From contig JBAZXE010000001.1 of the NCBI GenBank assembly GCA_041659985.1, positions 703 through 64,702 of the forward strand: a stretch of 64,000 bases of DNA. Direction: 5' to 3'. Made by a program: the position numbers and the translations under genes. The DNA is from Thermoplasmatota archaeon. Its GTDB lineage: Archaea > Thermoplasmatota > E2 > JACPAO01 > JAHFTW01. The notes under the pieces were generated by a model that made no database searches, was not told the DNA's origin, and saw only the letters and a list, made by a program, of their open reading frames with translations. How positions within the stretch are numbered: the first letter of the stretch is position 1; the number at the start of each line of letters is the position of its first letter. This document shows positions 1-9,140 of the stretch, one piece after another.

Positions 1-313
1 ATCCATTGGACGCGCTATCGTCGGCGCGGCAGAGGATAGCGCTCCTTCCCCGTGATTTCACAGATTGAGCCGACATCGGCCCCGATTTAGGGGACCGCCT
101 TGCAAGGTCGCCTCGTATTGCTGGCGGCCCAACACAAGCTGCCAACTTACGGGCCGCGGCCAAGTGCCACGAGCATTGGCTCTTGCGTCATCCAACGATT
201 CTGCGGAATCTGCGTTCAGCCTGGCGGCCGTGCCGAGGAACTAAATCTGCGCGATTTGCCGAATTGGGGAATCAGGCAAATCCGCCCCCATCCGGCGAAT
301 CAGATTTGGCGAA

Positions 314-910
314 TCAGGCGGCCATCGAGTTGATGGCGATGTGCCCGGTTTCGCCGCACTTGGGGCAGGCGCGGAAGTCCACGTCGCGCGGGCGGCCACC
401 GTAGACGCCGACGACGATGTCCTCCTTGCAGTTGCCGCACAGGTAGTTGATCTCGTGCAGGGAGCCAGCAGGCAGCGTGCGCTCGACGGGGGTGGTGCCG
501 GGCAGGGGCAACGCGGATTCGTCGCCGCACACTGGGCAGGTGAAGCCGACGCGGCGGCGGCTGAGGAACGACTCGCTGCCGAACTGGAAGACCGAGCTGC
601 AGTTGTCGCACTCCATCCAGGCGCGTTCCAGGGCCTTGATCTGGTTGATGTCCTCAAGTTGGCGCCGGCGGCTAACCAAGAGCAGGATGCCCCAAACGAG
701 GAGGCCTACGTAGGCCGGCAGGAGGAACCACTGGTAGTCCGAGCCGTTGAAGACCATGTCCCACACGGTGGCGGCCAGGACGGCGATGCCCAACACGAGG
801 ACGAGGACATACATGACGCGGCGGCGGCGCACGTTGGCGCGCAGCGCCCGGTAGCGGGCTATCTTTGCATCGCGTTCGGCTTGCGCCTGGGCCTGCTTCT
901 CGGCCTTCAT
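314..910 (-). CDS. Membrane protein with two C-terminal zinc-ribbon (CxxC...CxxC) modules, hypothetical
   Basis: ORF 314..1111 trimmed to internal Met (MKAEKQ...). It has one TM helix, then CDNC...CPVCG and CGNC...CPKCG motifs. It lies downstream of the 976..2070 gene on the same strand. Confidence 0.45.
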   Translation of the reverse strand: MKAEKQAQAQAERDAKIARYRALRANVRRRRVMYVLVLVLGIAVLAATVWDMVFNGSDYQWFLLPAYVGLLVWGILLLVSRRRQLEDINQIKALERAWMECDNCSSVFQFGSESFLSRRRVGFTCPVCGDESALPLPGTTPVERTLPAGSLHEINYLCGNCKEDIVVGVYGGRPRDVDFRACPKCGETGHIAINSMAA

Positions 911-975
911 GCGGCCCTTGCGCTCGCGCGGGGTCTCATCCGCGGGGGGTGCGGCGCCGACGACGACGTTCTGCG

Positions 976-2070
976 TCACAGGGACCACCTCACGGCGAGG
1001 CCGATGATGCAAAGGACAAGAACCGCCAGGAACCCGCCAGCGGACATGCCGAGGTAGCCGAAGTCCGAGGTCAAGCAGTCGACTGCGTCGCTGCTGTCGT
1101 TGTCCGCGCATTTGTCCTCCGTCGTGGTCGAGCTGCTTGAGGAACTCCGGCTGGTGCTGCTGGATGTAGAACTGGACGAACTCGAGCTACTGGACGACGA
1201 GGAGGACGAGGAGGAATTGGTGCCGCCCACGGCCGGGTCTGTCGGGGCCGGGTCGTCCTTGTCGTTGGTGCCGTCGCCGTCCGTGTCGGCCTTCGTCGGA
1301 TCGGTGCCGAGAGCGCATTCCTGGCCGTTGGTGAGGCCGTCGCCGTCGGGGTCGCCGGTGGCATTGGCTGTAGAGTTTGTGGCGCCGAAGTACTGCAATT
1401 CGCAGGTGTTGTTGAGACCGTCGCCGTCGAGGTCGTCGGGGTCAGGCGTTGGACCGCCGCCGAAGACGTAGTCCGTTCCGGCCCCTTCGTTGGGGGCGCG
1501 ATCCGTGATTGTATCGGGAACCGTGCCCAACAAGGCCGCAGTCGTCGTGACGAATAGGTTGGTCGCCACGGCACCACTCGTCGGGTTTCCGATGGCTGAC
1601 TTGAGGACGTTCATGACGACGAGGCTGTCGCCGGCGATGGTTGCGGTGTTGGTGACCCCGCCCACGGCCACACCAGCCGAACCGATTGGGGCTGGCGCGC
1701 CGCTGTCCTGGCTTGCGATGGCATCGTAGGCCGTGCCTCCAATCTCAAAGTGGAAAGTGTACGTGGTCTTCGATGTCGTGGAGGCCGCTCCCGTCCCTTG
1801 AATTTGGATGTTGAAGTTCAGGCTGGTCGCCGTATCGGTGTCAATCCAGCCGAAGAGCAGGTCGGCGTTCAGGCCGACCGTGGTGCCGGCCGGAGGCTGC
1901 TGGGAGATGGGAACTTCCCCCGCCACGGACTGGTCGTTGGCGGGATCCGCGATTTCGGGCGCCGCCTGCGTGCCTGCGCTCACCGGCTGGACCAAACTCA
2001 TCGCGAAGGTGGCGAAAAGGAGCATCCAAAGCGACAGCCGGACGGCTGCGGTGCCCGACGGGCTTTGCAT
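976..2070 (-). CDS. Secreted surface protein with thrombospondin type-3-like Ca-binding repeats, a 16-residue poly-Ser linker and a C-terminal TM anchor
   Basis: N-terminal signal peptide (MQSPSGTAAVRLSLWMLLFATFAMSLVQPVSA). Repeated DxDGDGLxN / DTDGDGTNDKDDP motifs. A long Ser/Thr run. C-terminal hydrophobic tail. Paralog of 3017..4129. Confidence 0.6.
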   Translation of the reverse strand: MQSPSGTAAVRLSLWMLLFATFAMSLVQPVSAGTQAAPEIADPANDQSVAGEVPISQQPPAGTTVGLNADLLFGWIDTDTATSLNFNIQIQGTGAASTTSKTTYTFHFEIGGTAYDAIASQDSGAPAPIGSAGVAVGGVTNTATIAGDSLVVMNVLKSAIGNPTSGAVATNLFVTTTAALLGTVPDTITDRAPNEGAGTDYVFGGGPTPDPDDLDGDGLNNTCELQYFGATNSTANATGDPDGDGLTNGQECALGTDPTKADTDGDGTNDKDDPAPTDPAVGGTNSSSSSSSSSSSSSSSSTSSSTSRSSSSSSTTTEDKCADNDSSDAVDCLTSDFGYLGMSAGGFLAVLVLCIIGLAVRWSL

Positions 2071-2133
2071 GTCCGTCCTGACCCCCCTGGCCGCTATGAA
2101 GGTTCTTATGCTTCTCCAGAGGGAGCCGCCTGG

Positions 2134-3003
2134 TCAGGCCGCAGATTTCCTGCGCCCGAACCAGCTCTTGCGGACTGAGGGTTTCGTGTCCTTGGCGCCG
2201 CGGACGGCGGCCTTGGTGTCGGCCTTGCGGACGCTGGCGCTGTCGGTCAGCTTGTCCTTGGGGTCCCACTCCTCGCCTTCGATGCGTTTGGCGGAGCCCT
2301 TGAGCGTCTTCGGCTGGTAGCCAAAGTGGGACCCGCAGTATTTGCTTCCCTCGCGCGCCGAGTTACGGCACTGCTTGCCCCCCTCGGTCAGGGCGGAGCA
2401 CTGCGGGCGGTAGCCGGCCTCAGCGGCGGCGGGCGTCAGGTTCTCCCCGTCCGGTCCGCTGCCTTTCTTCAGGAACGGCAGGCCCGTGCGTTCGTTGACG
2501 CCGACGTGGTAGCCCAACGGCTTGGCGCACATGGAGCCCGATTTCGGCTTCTTCTTGGCGAAGAAGTAGATGGTGCGCTTGCCGCCTTCGTTCTTGAGCT
2601 GGACGACCTTGTGGTAGAGGGTGTAGCCGTTGTAGATGAACGGGATGCCGGAGGACACGGGGCGCGCCGGGGCCGGAATGCGGCGCGGCGGGTTCTCGCG
2701 CAGGGCGCGGATGGGCGCCGGCGGGATGGGGCGGACCTCCTGGAACTCCATGGGCCGCGCCTCGACAGGGGCCGCAACCTCGCGAACGACTTCTTGCACG
2801 ACGACGCGCTCGCCGGCCGGCTCGTCGCGGCCCGTCATGAAAAACAGGATGAGCGCGATGACGACGAAGACGCCGAACGCGACGAGGAGGTACAGCGTCC
2901 AGTCCGAGTTGTTGCCGAAGTAGTCGTACAGGAGCATGCCCAACAAGGCAAGGTCGAAGAGGACCGTGAGGGCCAGCAGGGTTCGGAGGGTGGTTCGCTT
3001 CAT
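2134..3003 (-). CDS. Hypothetical membrane protein (2 TM) with Cys-rich cytoplasmic domain
   Basis: ORF 2134..3207 trimmed to MKRTTLRTLLALTV. Two hydrophobic helices. C/H-rich segment QCSALTEGGKQC...YCGSHF. Basic C-terminus. Confidence 0.45.
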   Translation of the reverse strand: MKRTTLRTLLALTVLFDLALLGMLLYDYFGNNSDWTLYLLVAFGVFVVIALILFFMTGRDEPAGERVVVQEVVREVAAPVEARPMEFQEVRPIPPAPIRALRENPPRRIPAPARPVSSGIPFIYNGYTLYHKVVQLKNEGGKRTIYFFAKKKPKSGSMCAKPLGYHVGVNERTGLPFLKKGSGPDGENLTPAAAEAGYRPQCSALTEGGKQCRNSAREGSKYCGSHFGYQPKTLKGSAKRIEGEEWDPKDKLTDSASVRKADTKAAVRGAKDTKPSVRKSWFGRRKSAA

Positions 3004-3016
3004 GGGAGGGCCTTCA

Positions 3017-4129
3017 TCATTTCCGGGCGAGGGCGAAGAGGCAGAGGGTGGCGATGACGGCAAACATGGGGGCGCCGGCGTACAGCTCGACGCGCTTGTC
3101 GTCGGCATCGTGGTCGTGCCCGTCATTGACGAGTGGGGCGACATCCGAGCCGTCGTCGTGGCCGTCGCCATCAGTGTCGGCCTCGTTGGGGTCCGTTCCG
3201 GCAGCATGCTCGGCGGCGTTGGTTAAGCCGTCTGCGTCGGGATCGCCGGTGCCCGTTTGGGCCGTCGTGGAATTGAAGTGCGTCCGTTCCCAGCGGTCCG
3301 GCAGGCCATCCCGGTCCAGGTCGGTGGTGGCGTTCTCTGGGGCACCGGGCTTCAAGGGATCGAGGGGGAACGGGTCCTCCTTGTCGTTGAGGCCGTCGCC
3401 GTCGGTGTCGGCCTTCGTGGCGTTCGTGCCCTTTGCGAACTCGGCCGTGTTGTTGAGGCCGTCTCCGTCCGGGTCGCCGGTGCCGTTCTGCGCCGTGAGG
3501 TTGCCGAACTGCTGCAACTCCACGGTGTCGTTGAGGCCGTCGCCGTCGGAGTCGCCGGGGGTGCCCGTCGGTCCGCCGCTGCCAACCGAATAGGAGATGC
3601 CCGCGTCCGCGCCGTCGTCGGGGGCGGTGTCGGTTGCCGCAACCACCGCCTGAAGCGGGGGCGGCAAGCCGCCTTCCGCCTCGATGTGGCATCCGGTGAG
3701 TTCGGTGACCCCGGCGAGAACGGCCTTTGGCACGGTCAGAGTGATGACGCCGTCGGCAAGGACCGCTGCGGTCGAGGCGCCGCCCGGGGTCGGCTGGTCG
3801 GCCGAGGAGGTGGCGCTCGCCTCAACCTCGACGGCACCGGCGGTGCAATGGAAATTCCACGTATAGGGCCCCCCGGCCCCGTCCGTGCCAGCGCCCGAAA
3901 TCTGGATGTTGAAGAGCAGGCTCTCCCCCTCCTCGGCAATCCAACCCGCCACGACGTCGGCGCTGGTGAATCCGGCCTCGTTGACTGGTGCGACGAGGAC
4001 CTCCTGGTCGCCGGCGGCATCGGTGATCTCAGGGGCCTCCGGCGTCCCGGCCTGCGCGGCGGGCACCCACGCCGCGAGCGCGAGGGCCAACGCCAAGGCG
4101 GGGAACGCTGCGAAGGCGAGACGGGACAT
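3017..4129 (-). CDS. Secreted surface protein with thrombospondin type-3-like repeats and C-terminal anchor (paralog of 976..2070)
   Basis: ORF 3017..4732 trimmed to MSRLAFAAFPALALALALAAWVPAAQA signal peptide, because upstream overlaps ftsY. Shared blocks with the paralog: GTPEAPEI-D-A-DQ, LLFNIQI-G-G, TWNFH, DPDGDGL, DTDGDG. C-terminal hydrophobic tail then ARK. Confidence 0.6.
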   Translation of the reverse strand: MSRLAFAAFPALALALALAAWVPAAQAGTPEAPEITDAAGDQEVLVAPVNEAGFTSADVVAGWIAEEGESLLFNIQISGAGTDGAGGPYTWNFHCTAGAVEVEASATSSADQPTPGGASTAAVLADGVITLTVPKAVLAGVTELTGCHIEAEGGLPPPLQAVVAATDTAPDDGADAGISYSVGSGGPTGTPGDSDGDGLNDTVELQQFGNLTAQNGTGDPDGDGLNNTAEFAKGTNATKADTDGDGLNDKEDPFPLDPLKPGAPENATTDLDRDGLPDRWERTHFNSTTAQTGTGDPDADGLTNAAEHAAGTDPNEADTDGDGHDDGSDVAPLVNDGHDHDADDKRVELYAGAPMFAVIATLCLFALARK

Positions 4130-4203
4130 AGACAAGGCCCAACCGGGGCTCTCCCTTGAAAGGCTTTCAGTGCACGCGCTGCCCCAGGTCCGACGCCGGT
4201 CAA

Positions 4204-5673
4204 CTACGCGGTCGCTTCGGTCTCGTTCTGCTCGTCGCCGAAGAGGCGGTCGACCATCCACGAGGCATCGAACGGCTTCAGGTCGGGGTAGTCTTGGCCA
4301 ACCCCGACGAAGATGAGGGGCTTGTTGATTGTGTAGGCGACGGAGAGCGCGGCGCCGCCCTTGGCATCGACGTCGACCTTGGTGAGGATGACGCCGCCGA
4401 TGTCGACGACCTCGTCGAACTTGCGCGCCTGTTCCACCGCGTCGTTGCCGGCCAGGGAGTCTCCGACGAAGACGACGAGGTCGGGGTTGGCGACGCGGCG
4501 AACTTTGTCCATCTCGTCCATGAGGCTGCGGTTGTTCTGCATCCGACCCGCAGTGTCGAGCAACACGACGTCCTTGTGGCGCGCCTTGGCGTGCTCGATG
4601 GCGTCGTAGGCGACCGCGGCGGGGTCGGCGCCGGCCTTGTGCTTGATGACGTTGACGCCGAGGCGCTCGCCATGCAGCGCCAACTGCTCGATGGCGCCGG
4701 CGCGGAACGTGTCCCCAGCGGCCATGCAGCACGTGATTCCCTGCTGCTTGAGGCGGTAGGCGATGCGGCCGATGCTGGTCGTCTTGCCGGTGCCGTTGAC
4801 TCCGACGAACATGACGACGATGGGGCGCTTCGGGCCGGCCAGCTTGTCGCGGATGAACTTGTCAAAGTCGAGCGGGTTGACCTGCAGGACGCGCTTGATG
4901 GCCGTGCGCAGGACGAGTTCGACGACGTCCTCGGGCTTCTTGCCGCCGACGTTGAGGGTGAGCAGTTGCTCCTTGACGTTGGCCTTGATGGCCTCGATGA
5001 CCGGGAGAGCGACGTCGGATTCCAGGAGGCCAATCTCGAGCTCCCACAGAATCTCGTCGAGGACGGCGTCGTTGATGGTGAACTTCGTGGCCATCGCCGC
5101 AGGGGCCGAGATTTCCACGACCTTCTCGACGTCCTTCTGGATGGCGACGGCCTCGCTGAGTTCACGGGCCAGACGGGCCTCAATCTCAGCGTCGGAGTGC
5201 ATTTTCCGGCCCGGTTGCGGCTTGGGCTGCGGCGCAGGCGCGGGCTTGGCGGGCGCGACGGGAGCGGGAGCCGGCACGGGCGGCGGCGCAGGCTTGGGGA
5301 CTTCGGGGACTGCGATGGGTGCGACAGCCGGTTCCGGCGTCCATTCAGGTTGAACGGTTGGCGACGGCTCGGACAAGGAAGGCACGGACGCCGCAGAATC
5401 TGCTTCTTGCTCCGCGGGCGCCGTTTCCGACATCGCCTCGGCAACGACGGCCGGCGCGGGTTCAGGCGGCGTGATGGGAGCGCTCGGAGCGGGCGGCGGC
5501 GTGGGGGCAACCGGCGCGGGCGCTGCAACGGGTGCCGGCGCGGCCGGCTTGCCTTTGGCCATCTCCTGCTGCAGCTCTTTCTCGAGCTGGTCGCCGAGCT
5601 GCTTTTCGACCTCGTCCTCGAGCTTCTTGCTGACGCCCTTCAGCTTGGCGCGCAGAGAGTCGAAGAGGCCCAC
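4204..5673 (-). CDS. ftsY: Signal recognition particle receptor FtsY
   Basis: C-terminal NG domain with GVNGTGKTT, DTAGR and TKVD motifs. Acidic/Ala-Pro-rich N-terminal extension. Canonical position after pfdA/tRNA in the archaeal cluster. Confidence 0.95.
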   Translation of the reverse strand: MGLFDSLRAKLKGVSKKLEDEVEKQLGDQLEKELQQEMAKGKPAAPAPVAAPAPVAPTPPPAPSAPITPPEPAPAVVAEAMSETAPAEQEADSAASVPSLSEPSPTVQPEWTPEPAVAPIAVPEVPKPAPPPVPAPAPVAPAKPAPAPQPKPQPGRKMHSDAEIEARLARELSEAVAIQKDVEKVVEISAPAAMATKFTINDAVLDEILWELEIGLLESDVALPVIEAIKANVKEQLLTLNVGGKKPEDVVELVLRTAIKRVLQVNPLDFDKFIRDKLAGPKRPIVVMFVGVNGTGKTTSIGRIAYRLKQQGITCCMAAGDTFRAGAIEQLALHGERLGVNVIKHKAGADPAAVAYDAIEHAKARHKDVVLLDTAGRMQNNRSLMDEMDKVRRVANPDLVVFVGDSLAGNDAVEQARKFDEVVDIGGVILTKVDVDAKGGAALSVAYTINKPLIFVGVGQDYPDLKPFDASWMVDRLFGDEQNETEATA

Positions 5674-5882
5674 GGCCCGCGCGATGTGGGCGTTCTACAA
5701 GAGGGTTGGCGACCCGGCCGATGGCGGAAGCATTCAATCTCTGAGTCGAACCCGGCACCCGCCCGGCCATCTGCGGATGGCCGGCCGGTCCGCTCGCTGC
5801 CCTCGCTAGCCCGGGTCCGATTCCCTGTCCCGCACGAGCAGCGCGCCGGACGCGCGCTCCGCGCGTCGGTGCGGGCGGTGAG

Positions 5883-5953
5883 TGCGGACACCGGGAATCG
5901 AACCCGGGCATGGAGCTTGGGAAGCTCCAGTCATACCATTAGACCATGTCCGC
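5883..5953 (-). tRNA. tRNA-Gly (anticodon CCC)
   Basis: Minus-strand cloverleaf: acceptor GCGGACA/TGTCCGC, anticodon stem GGAGC/GCTCC, loop TTCCCAA, T-arm CCGGG-TTCGATT-CCCGG, discriminator A. Folded by hand. Confidence 0.8.
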
Positions 5954-5957
5954 GAGG

Positions 5958-6422
5958 TCAGGGCTGCTGGAATTGGGAGAGGCGCTCGTTGATTTGGGCC
6001 GCGACGTTGGCCAACTGCTCGGCCTGGGCGCTGGCCTCTTGGAACTGGACCGTGATGGCCTTGACGCGCTCCTCGAGGGCGACTGCGACCTCGCCGGCCT
6101 TGTCCTCAGTGAAGTAGCCAGCACCCAGCGGCATGAGCACCGGTTGGGCGCCGTTTACGGTCGCCGCGACGTGCACGCCGGCGCCGAGGGGGAGCATGAT
6201 GTCCTGCGGACCGGTTGCGTCGGCCATTGCGCGCAAGGCTGCGGCGGCCTGCTGGGCCTCGACGAGCGCCCCTTCCAGCGTCGCAAGGCGGCGGTCGACG
6301 CGCTGCAGCTCACGCTGCACGAGGTCGAACTGGGCGGCGAGCTGGCGCGGGTCGTCGGCGGGTTCGTCGCCGTCGTGGCCGTGGACGTGGCCGGGCTGGC
6401 CGTGCGCGGGGTTCGCGGGCAC
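5958..6422 (-). CDS. pfdA: Prefoldin alpha subunit
   Basis: Coiled-coil protein (LAAQFDLVQRELQRVDRRLATLEGAL ... QFQEASAQAEQLANVAAQINERL). Conserved position between rplX and ftsY. Confidence 0.8.
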   Translation of the reverse strand: MPANPAHGQPGHVHGHDGDEPADDPRQLAAQFDLVQRELQRVDRRLATLEGALVEAQQAAAALRAMADATGPQDIMLPLGAGVHVAATVNGAQPVLMPLGAGYFTEDKAGEVAVALEERVKAITVQFQEASAQAEQLANVAAQINERLSQFQQP

Positions 6423-6429
6423 GGAAGCC

Positions 6430-6711
6430 CTAGCGGTGGAGGCCGAGCTCGTGGCGGACGATGGCGTCCGTGACGTCGTCGCCGGAGATGGCCTTCGCGG
6501 TGCCGATGGCGACCTGGCGGCGGTTGACGCCGTGGCGCGAACCGAGGGTGGCGTAGACGCGGTCCTTGGCGCCGGCCTCGTTGGCGGCGGCGACCTGGAT
6601 GGTGAAGTGCTGGCGGACGCGGCCCATTTGGAAGTCGCCGTCGACCTGGAAGGCCTTGGTGGCCTTGGCGGGGGCGGACTTGGTGGCGGGCTTGGCGGTG
6701 GCGGTGGTCAT
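6430..6711 (-). CDS. rplX: 50S ribosomal protein LX (L18Ae)
   Basis: 93-aa protein in the conserved eif6-rplX-pfdA order. Typical size and composition. Confidence 0.75.
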   Translation of the reverse strand: MTTATAKPATKSAPAKATKAFQVDGDFQMGRVRQHFTIQVAAANEAGAKDRVYATLGSRHGVNRRQVAIGTAKAISGDDVTDAIVRHELGLHR

Positions 6712-6724
6712 GGGGAGTCTCTCC

Positions 6725-7402
6725 TTAGTCTAGGAATCCGAGGGCTTCGTCGATGCGTCCCAGCTCGATGCCAGTGGTGCGCGAGCCGGCCGCGACGCCG
6801 TTTTGGTTGGCGGCAATGCCGGCGCCCACCAGGCCGTGGCCGTGGTTGACGGTCCCGATGCGGGCTGGCGCATGCAGGGCTTTCTTGATAAACGCAAGTT
6901 CGGCGTCGCTGGCCAGCGGGTGGACAAGCACGCCCTTGTTGGTGGCGAAGCCGGCGGTGCCGACGGTGGGCAGGCCGGCGATGGTGGCACGCCCGACCTC
7001 GACGTTGAGGGCCTCCGCGATGGCGCTCACGGCCTTGTCCGGGAGTTCGGGGTGGACGACGGCGCCGTGGTCGTTGCACAACACGTTGTTGCCGGCGGCG
7101 TTGAGGCGGCTCTGCTCAAGGCGCGTGACCTTGAGGCCGCACTTCTCGAACACCGCGATTTCTTCGTCGGAGGCGAAGTCGGCGACGACGGCGCCGAACT
7201 TGTTGGCGGCGACGAGGGAGCCGATGAGCGGCGAACCGCCGATGCTGGCCTCGATGGCCTTGTGGCCGAGGGCGTCCTCGAGGTCCTTGACATTGATGGC
7301 CGTGATGCCCAGCGGCACGAAGAGGTGGGCGCTGGTGGCGCGGACGTAGACTCCGACGTTTGAGTTGCCGAAGGGGTCCAGACGCTTGAACACGGGATTC
7401 AC
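6725..7402 (-). CDS. eif6: Translation initiation factor 6 (aIF6)
   Basis: 225 aa with the repeated pentein-fold segments of eIF6 (GNSNVGVY..., GSPLIGSLVAANKFGAVV, LCNDHGAVVHPEL, FATNKGVLVHP). Confidence 0.9.
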   Translation of the reverse strand: MNPVFKRLDPFGNSNVGVYVRATSAHLFVPLGITAINVKDLEDALGHKAIEASIGGSPLIGSLVAANKFGAVVADFASDEEIAVFEKCGLKVTRLEQSRLNAAGNNVLCNDHGAVVHPELPDKAVSAIAEALNVEVGRATIAGLPTVGTAGFATNKGVLVHPLASDAELAFIKKALHAPARIGTVNHGHGLVGAGIAANQNGVAAGSRTTGIELGRIDEALGFLD

Positions 7403-7438
7403 CAGGGATGAAGGGATGAGGGAAGAGAGGCGAATTGC

Positions 7439-8110
7439 CTACTCCTTCTTGGCGGCCTTGGCCTTCTTCTCGTCGGCCTCGGCGTCCGCGGCGGCGGCCT
7501 CGAGGGCCGGCTGCGCCTTGACGTCAGCGACATCGGTTTCGCCGGCCAGGATGGCGTGGGCGTCGTCGATGTACTGCTTGGCCTTCTCGTCGGTGCCGCC
7601 GATGGCCTTGAGGACCTCGGCGACGTCGGCGTGGGCCAAGTCGCCCAGCGTCTTGATGCCGGCCGCCTCGAGTTTCTCGGCGGTGGCGGGGCCGACGCCC
7701 TTGACGTCGGTGACGGGGCGGTCAGAGCCCTCGTGCTGGTGGCCGCCTTCGCCCTCAACGGGTTCGGGGGCCTTCAGCACCGGGGCCTCGGCGGCCTTGG
7801 CGCGGCGCTCTTCGAGCGTGGTGCGGATGGAGCCGGTCGCGGTGCTCTCGGGGAGGGTGACCTCGACGACGCCGTCGTTGAAGCGGGTGGCACGCACGCG
7901 GATGCGGCTGGGGATGTGGTACTTCCCGTTCTGCCACAGCAGCTCGTTCACGGTGGAGTCGAGCCAGATGGTCTCGCTCTTCATGTGGCGGCTGAGGAAG
8001 CGCTTGACGTCGCGGATAGCCAAGTCGGCTCGGCGCGAGCGAACGAGGTCCTTCGTCTTGCGCAGGGGGATGGTGTAGATGCGCTCGAGTTCGGTGGTCT
8101 TGTCGGCCAT
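7439..8110 (-). CDS. rpl31e: 50S ribosomal protein L31e with C-terminal helix-hairpin-helix extension
   Basis: N-terminal roughly 90 aa is L31e-like (ERIYTIPLRK...RVRATRF). The C-terminal roughly 120 aa carries an HhH motif VKGVGPATAEKLEAAGIKTLGDLAHA and a Lys/Ala/Glu-rich tail. The ORF is continuous. Confidence 0.8.
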   Translation of the reverse strand: MADKTTELERIYTIPLRKTKDLVRSRRADLAIRDVKRFLSRHMKSETIWLDSTVNELLWQNGKYHIPSRIRVRATRFNDGVVEVTLPESTATGSIRTTLEERRAKAAEAPVLKAPEPVEGEGGHQHEGSDRPVTDVKGVGPATAEKLEAAGIKTLGDLAHADVAEVLKAIGGTDEKAKQYIDDAHAILAGETDVADVKAQPALEAAAADAEADEKKAKAAKKE

Positions 8111-8114
8111 ACAA

Positions 8115-8270
8115 TCACTCCTTCAGGTGGTTCTTGCGCCAGCTGCGGCGGTGCGGGTGCGAGGTGAAGCGCTGGCTAGTCCGGATCATGATCCAGGCCG
8201 GCACACGGCGATTGCTCTTTTCCGCGCGCATAAGGCGGAGTTTCTTTCCGAGGGGCTTCTTGCTGGCCAT
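8115..8270 (-). CDS. rpl39e: 50S ribosomal protein L39e
   Basis: Hand-translated 51-aa ORF, not in the ORF track because it is under 60 aa: MASKKPLGKKLRLMRAEKSNRRVPAWIMIRTSQRFTSHPHRRSWRKNHLKE. Matches the L39e family pattern. Lies between rpl31e and the PDCD5-like gene. Confidence 0.85.
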   Translation of the reverse strand: MASKKPLGKKLRLMRAEKSNRRVPAWIMIRTSQRFTSHPHRRSWRKNHLKE

Positions 8271-8321
8271 GTCATTCCCACCGATTGGGGTCCGCTTGAG
8301 GGGAGAGGTTGGGGAGAAGGG

Positions 8322-8675
8322 TCACTTGCGGGTGATTTTGATGTCGCGCCCTTCGGACGGGACCTGGGCCAAGATGGTCCTGAGGTCGGCGTCCGTGAGG
8401 CGCCGCTGCAGCCGTCCCTGCTGGGCGAGGGACACCAGTTGCCTGGTGACGGCCTCGGCCAATTCGGGCCGGCTCATGCGGATGCGCGTGAGGCGCTCTC
8501 GCGCCTCGGAATCCAGGATCTGCTGCAGCATCCGGTCCATGGCCGCCTGCTCTTGGGCTGCGGCCTGGGCGGATGCCTGGGCCTGCGCGTCGGGATCCTG
8601 GTCCGATGCGAGTGCCCGTTCTCGGGCTTGGAGTTCCCTTAGGCGCTTCTGTCGAAGCGCCTCCAGGTCGTCCAT
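8322..8675 (-). CDS. PDCD5/TFAR19-like double-stranded DNA-binding protein
   Basis: 117-aa, Gln/Arg/Glu-rich helical protein (MDDLEALRQKRLRELQ...ILAQVPSEGRDIKI). Conserved neighbour of rps19e and rpl39e in archaea. Confidence 0.7.
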   Translation of the reverse strand: MDDLEALRQKRLRELQARERALASDQDPDAQAQASAQAAAQEQAAMDRMLQQILDSEARERLTRIRMSRPELAEAVTRQLVSLAQQGRLQRRLTDADLRTILAQVPSEGRDIKITRK

Positions 8676-8687
8676 GCCCGTCCTTCC

Positions 8688-9140
8688 CTAGTACTTCGCC
8701 AGGGCCGGGATGTCCTTCTGGACGCCAGCGCGCACGGCGTGCGCGGCGTTGTCCATGAGGCCGCGTCCCTTGGCGGTCACGATGCGGCCCTTGGCCTGGA
8801 CGGTTTGCACGAGACCAGCGGCCTCGAGCTGCTGCAAGGCTTCGCGGGCGATGCTGCCCGAGCCCTTGGCGGCCTTGTTCGGGCGGTTGCCGCGGTCGCG
8901 GAAGCCGCCGAAATGGGCGCGCAGGGTCTCGGTGCCGACGGGTCCGTCCATGTACACCTTGCGCAGGATGGCGGCGACACGGGTCTGCCACCAGTCTTCC
9001 TGCACCGGGGGCTTCTCGACGTGGACGCCAGTCTTGGCGAACTCCGACCACTCGGGAGCTTGAACTTCTTTGATCTCAAGCAACCGCCTGGCGGCTTCGT
9101 CGATCAGCTTGGTTGCGGGGACGTCATAGACGGTAGTCAT
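8688..9140 (-). CDS. rps19e: 30S ribosomal protein S19e
   Basis: ORF 8688..9464 trimmed to MTTVYDVPATKLIDEAARRLLE... (151 aa), typical S19e sequence and length. The upstream part of the long ORF is Pro/Arg/Ser junk. Confidence 0.85.
   Translation of the reverse strand: MTTVYDVPATKLIDEAARRLLEIKEVQAPEWSEFAKTGVHVEKPPVQEDWWQTRVAAILRKVYMDGPVGTETLRAHFGGFRDRGNRPNKAAKGSGSIAREALQQLEAAGLVQTVQAKGRIVTAKGRGLMDNAAHAVRAGVQKDIPALAKY

Noticed and set aside
5674-5882. SRP (7S) RNA gene upstream of ftsY
   Set aside because: Region is about 200 nt, too short for archaeal 7S RNA, and lacks a recognisable domain-IV GGAAGG / GNRA motif.
4156-6117. 653-aa plus-strand ORF opposite ftsY/tRNA-Gly/pfdA
   Set aside because: Antisense to ftsY, and crosses a tRNA gene. 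High-GC artefact.
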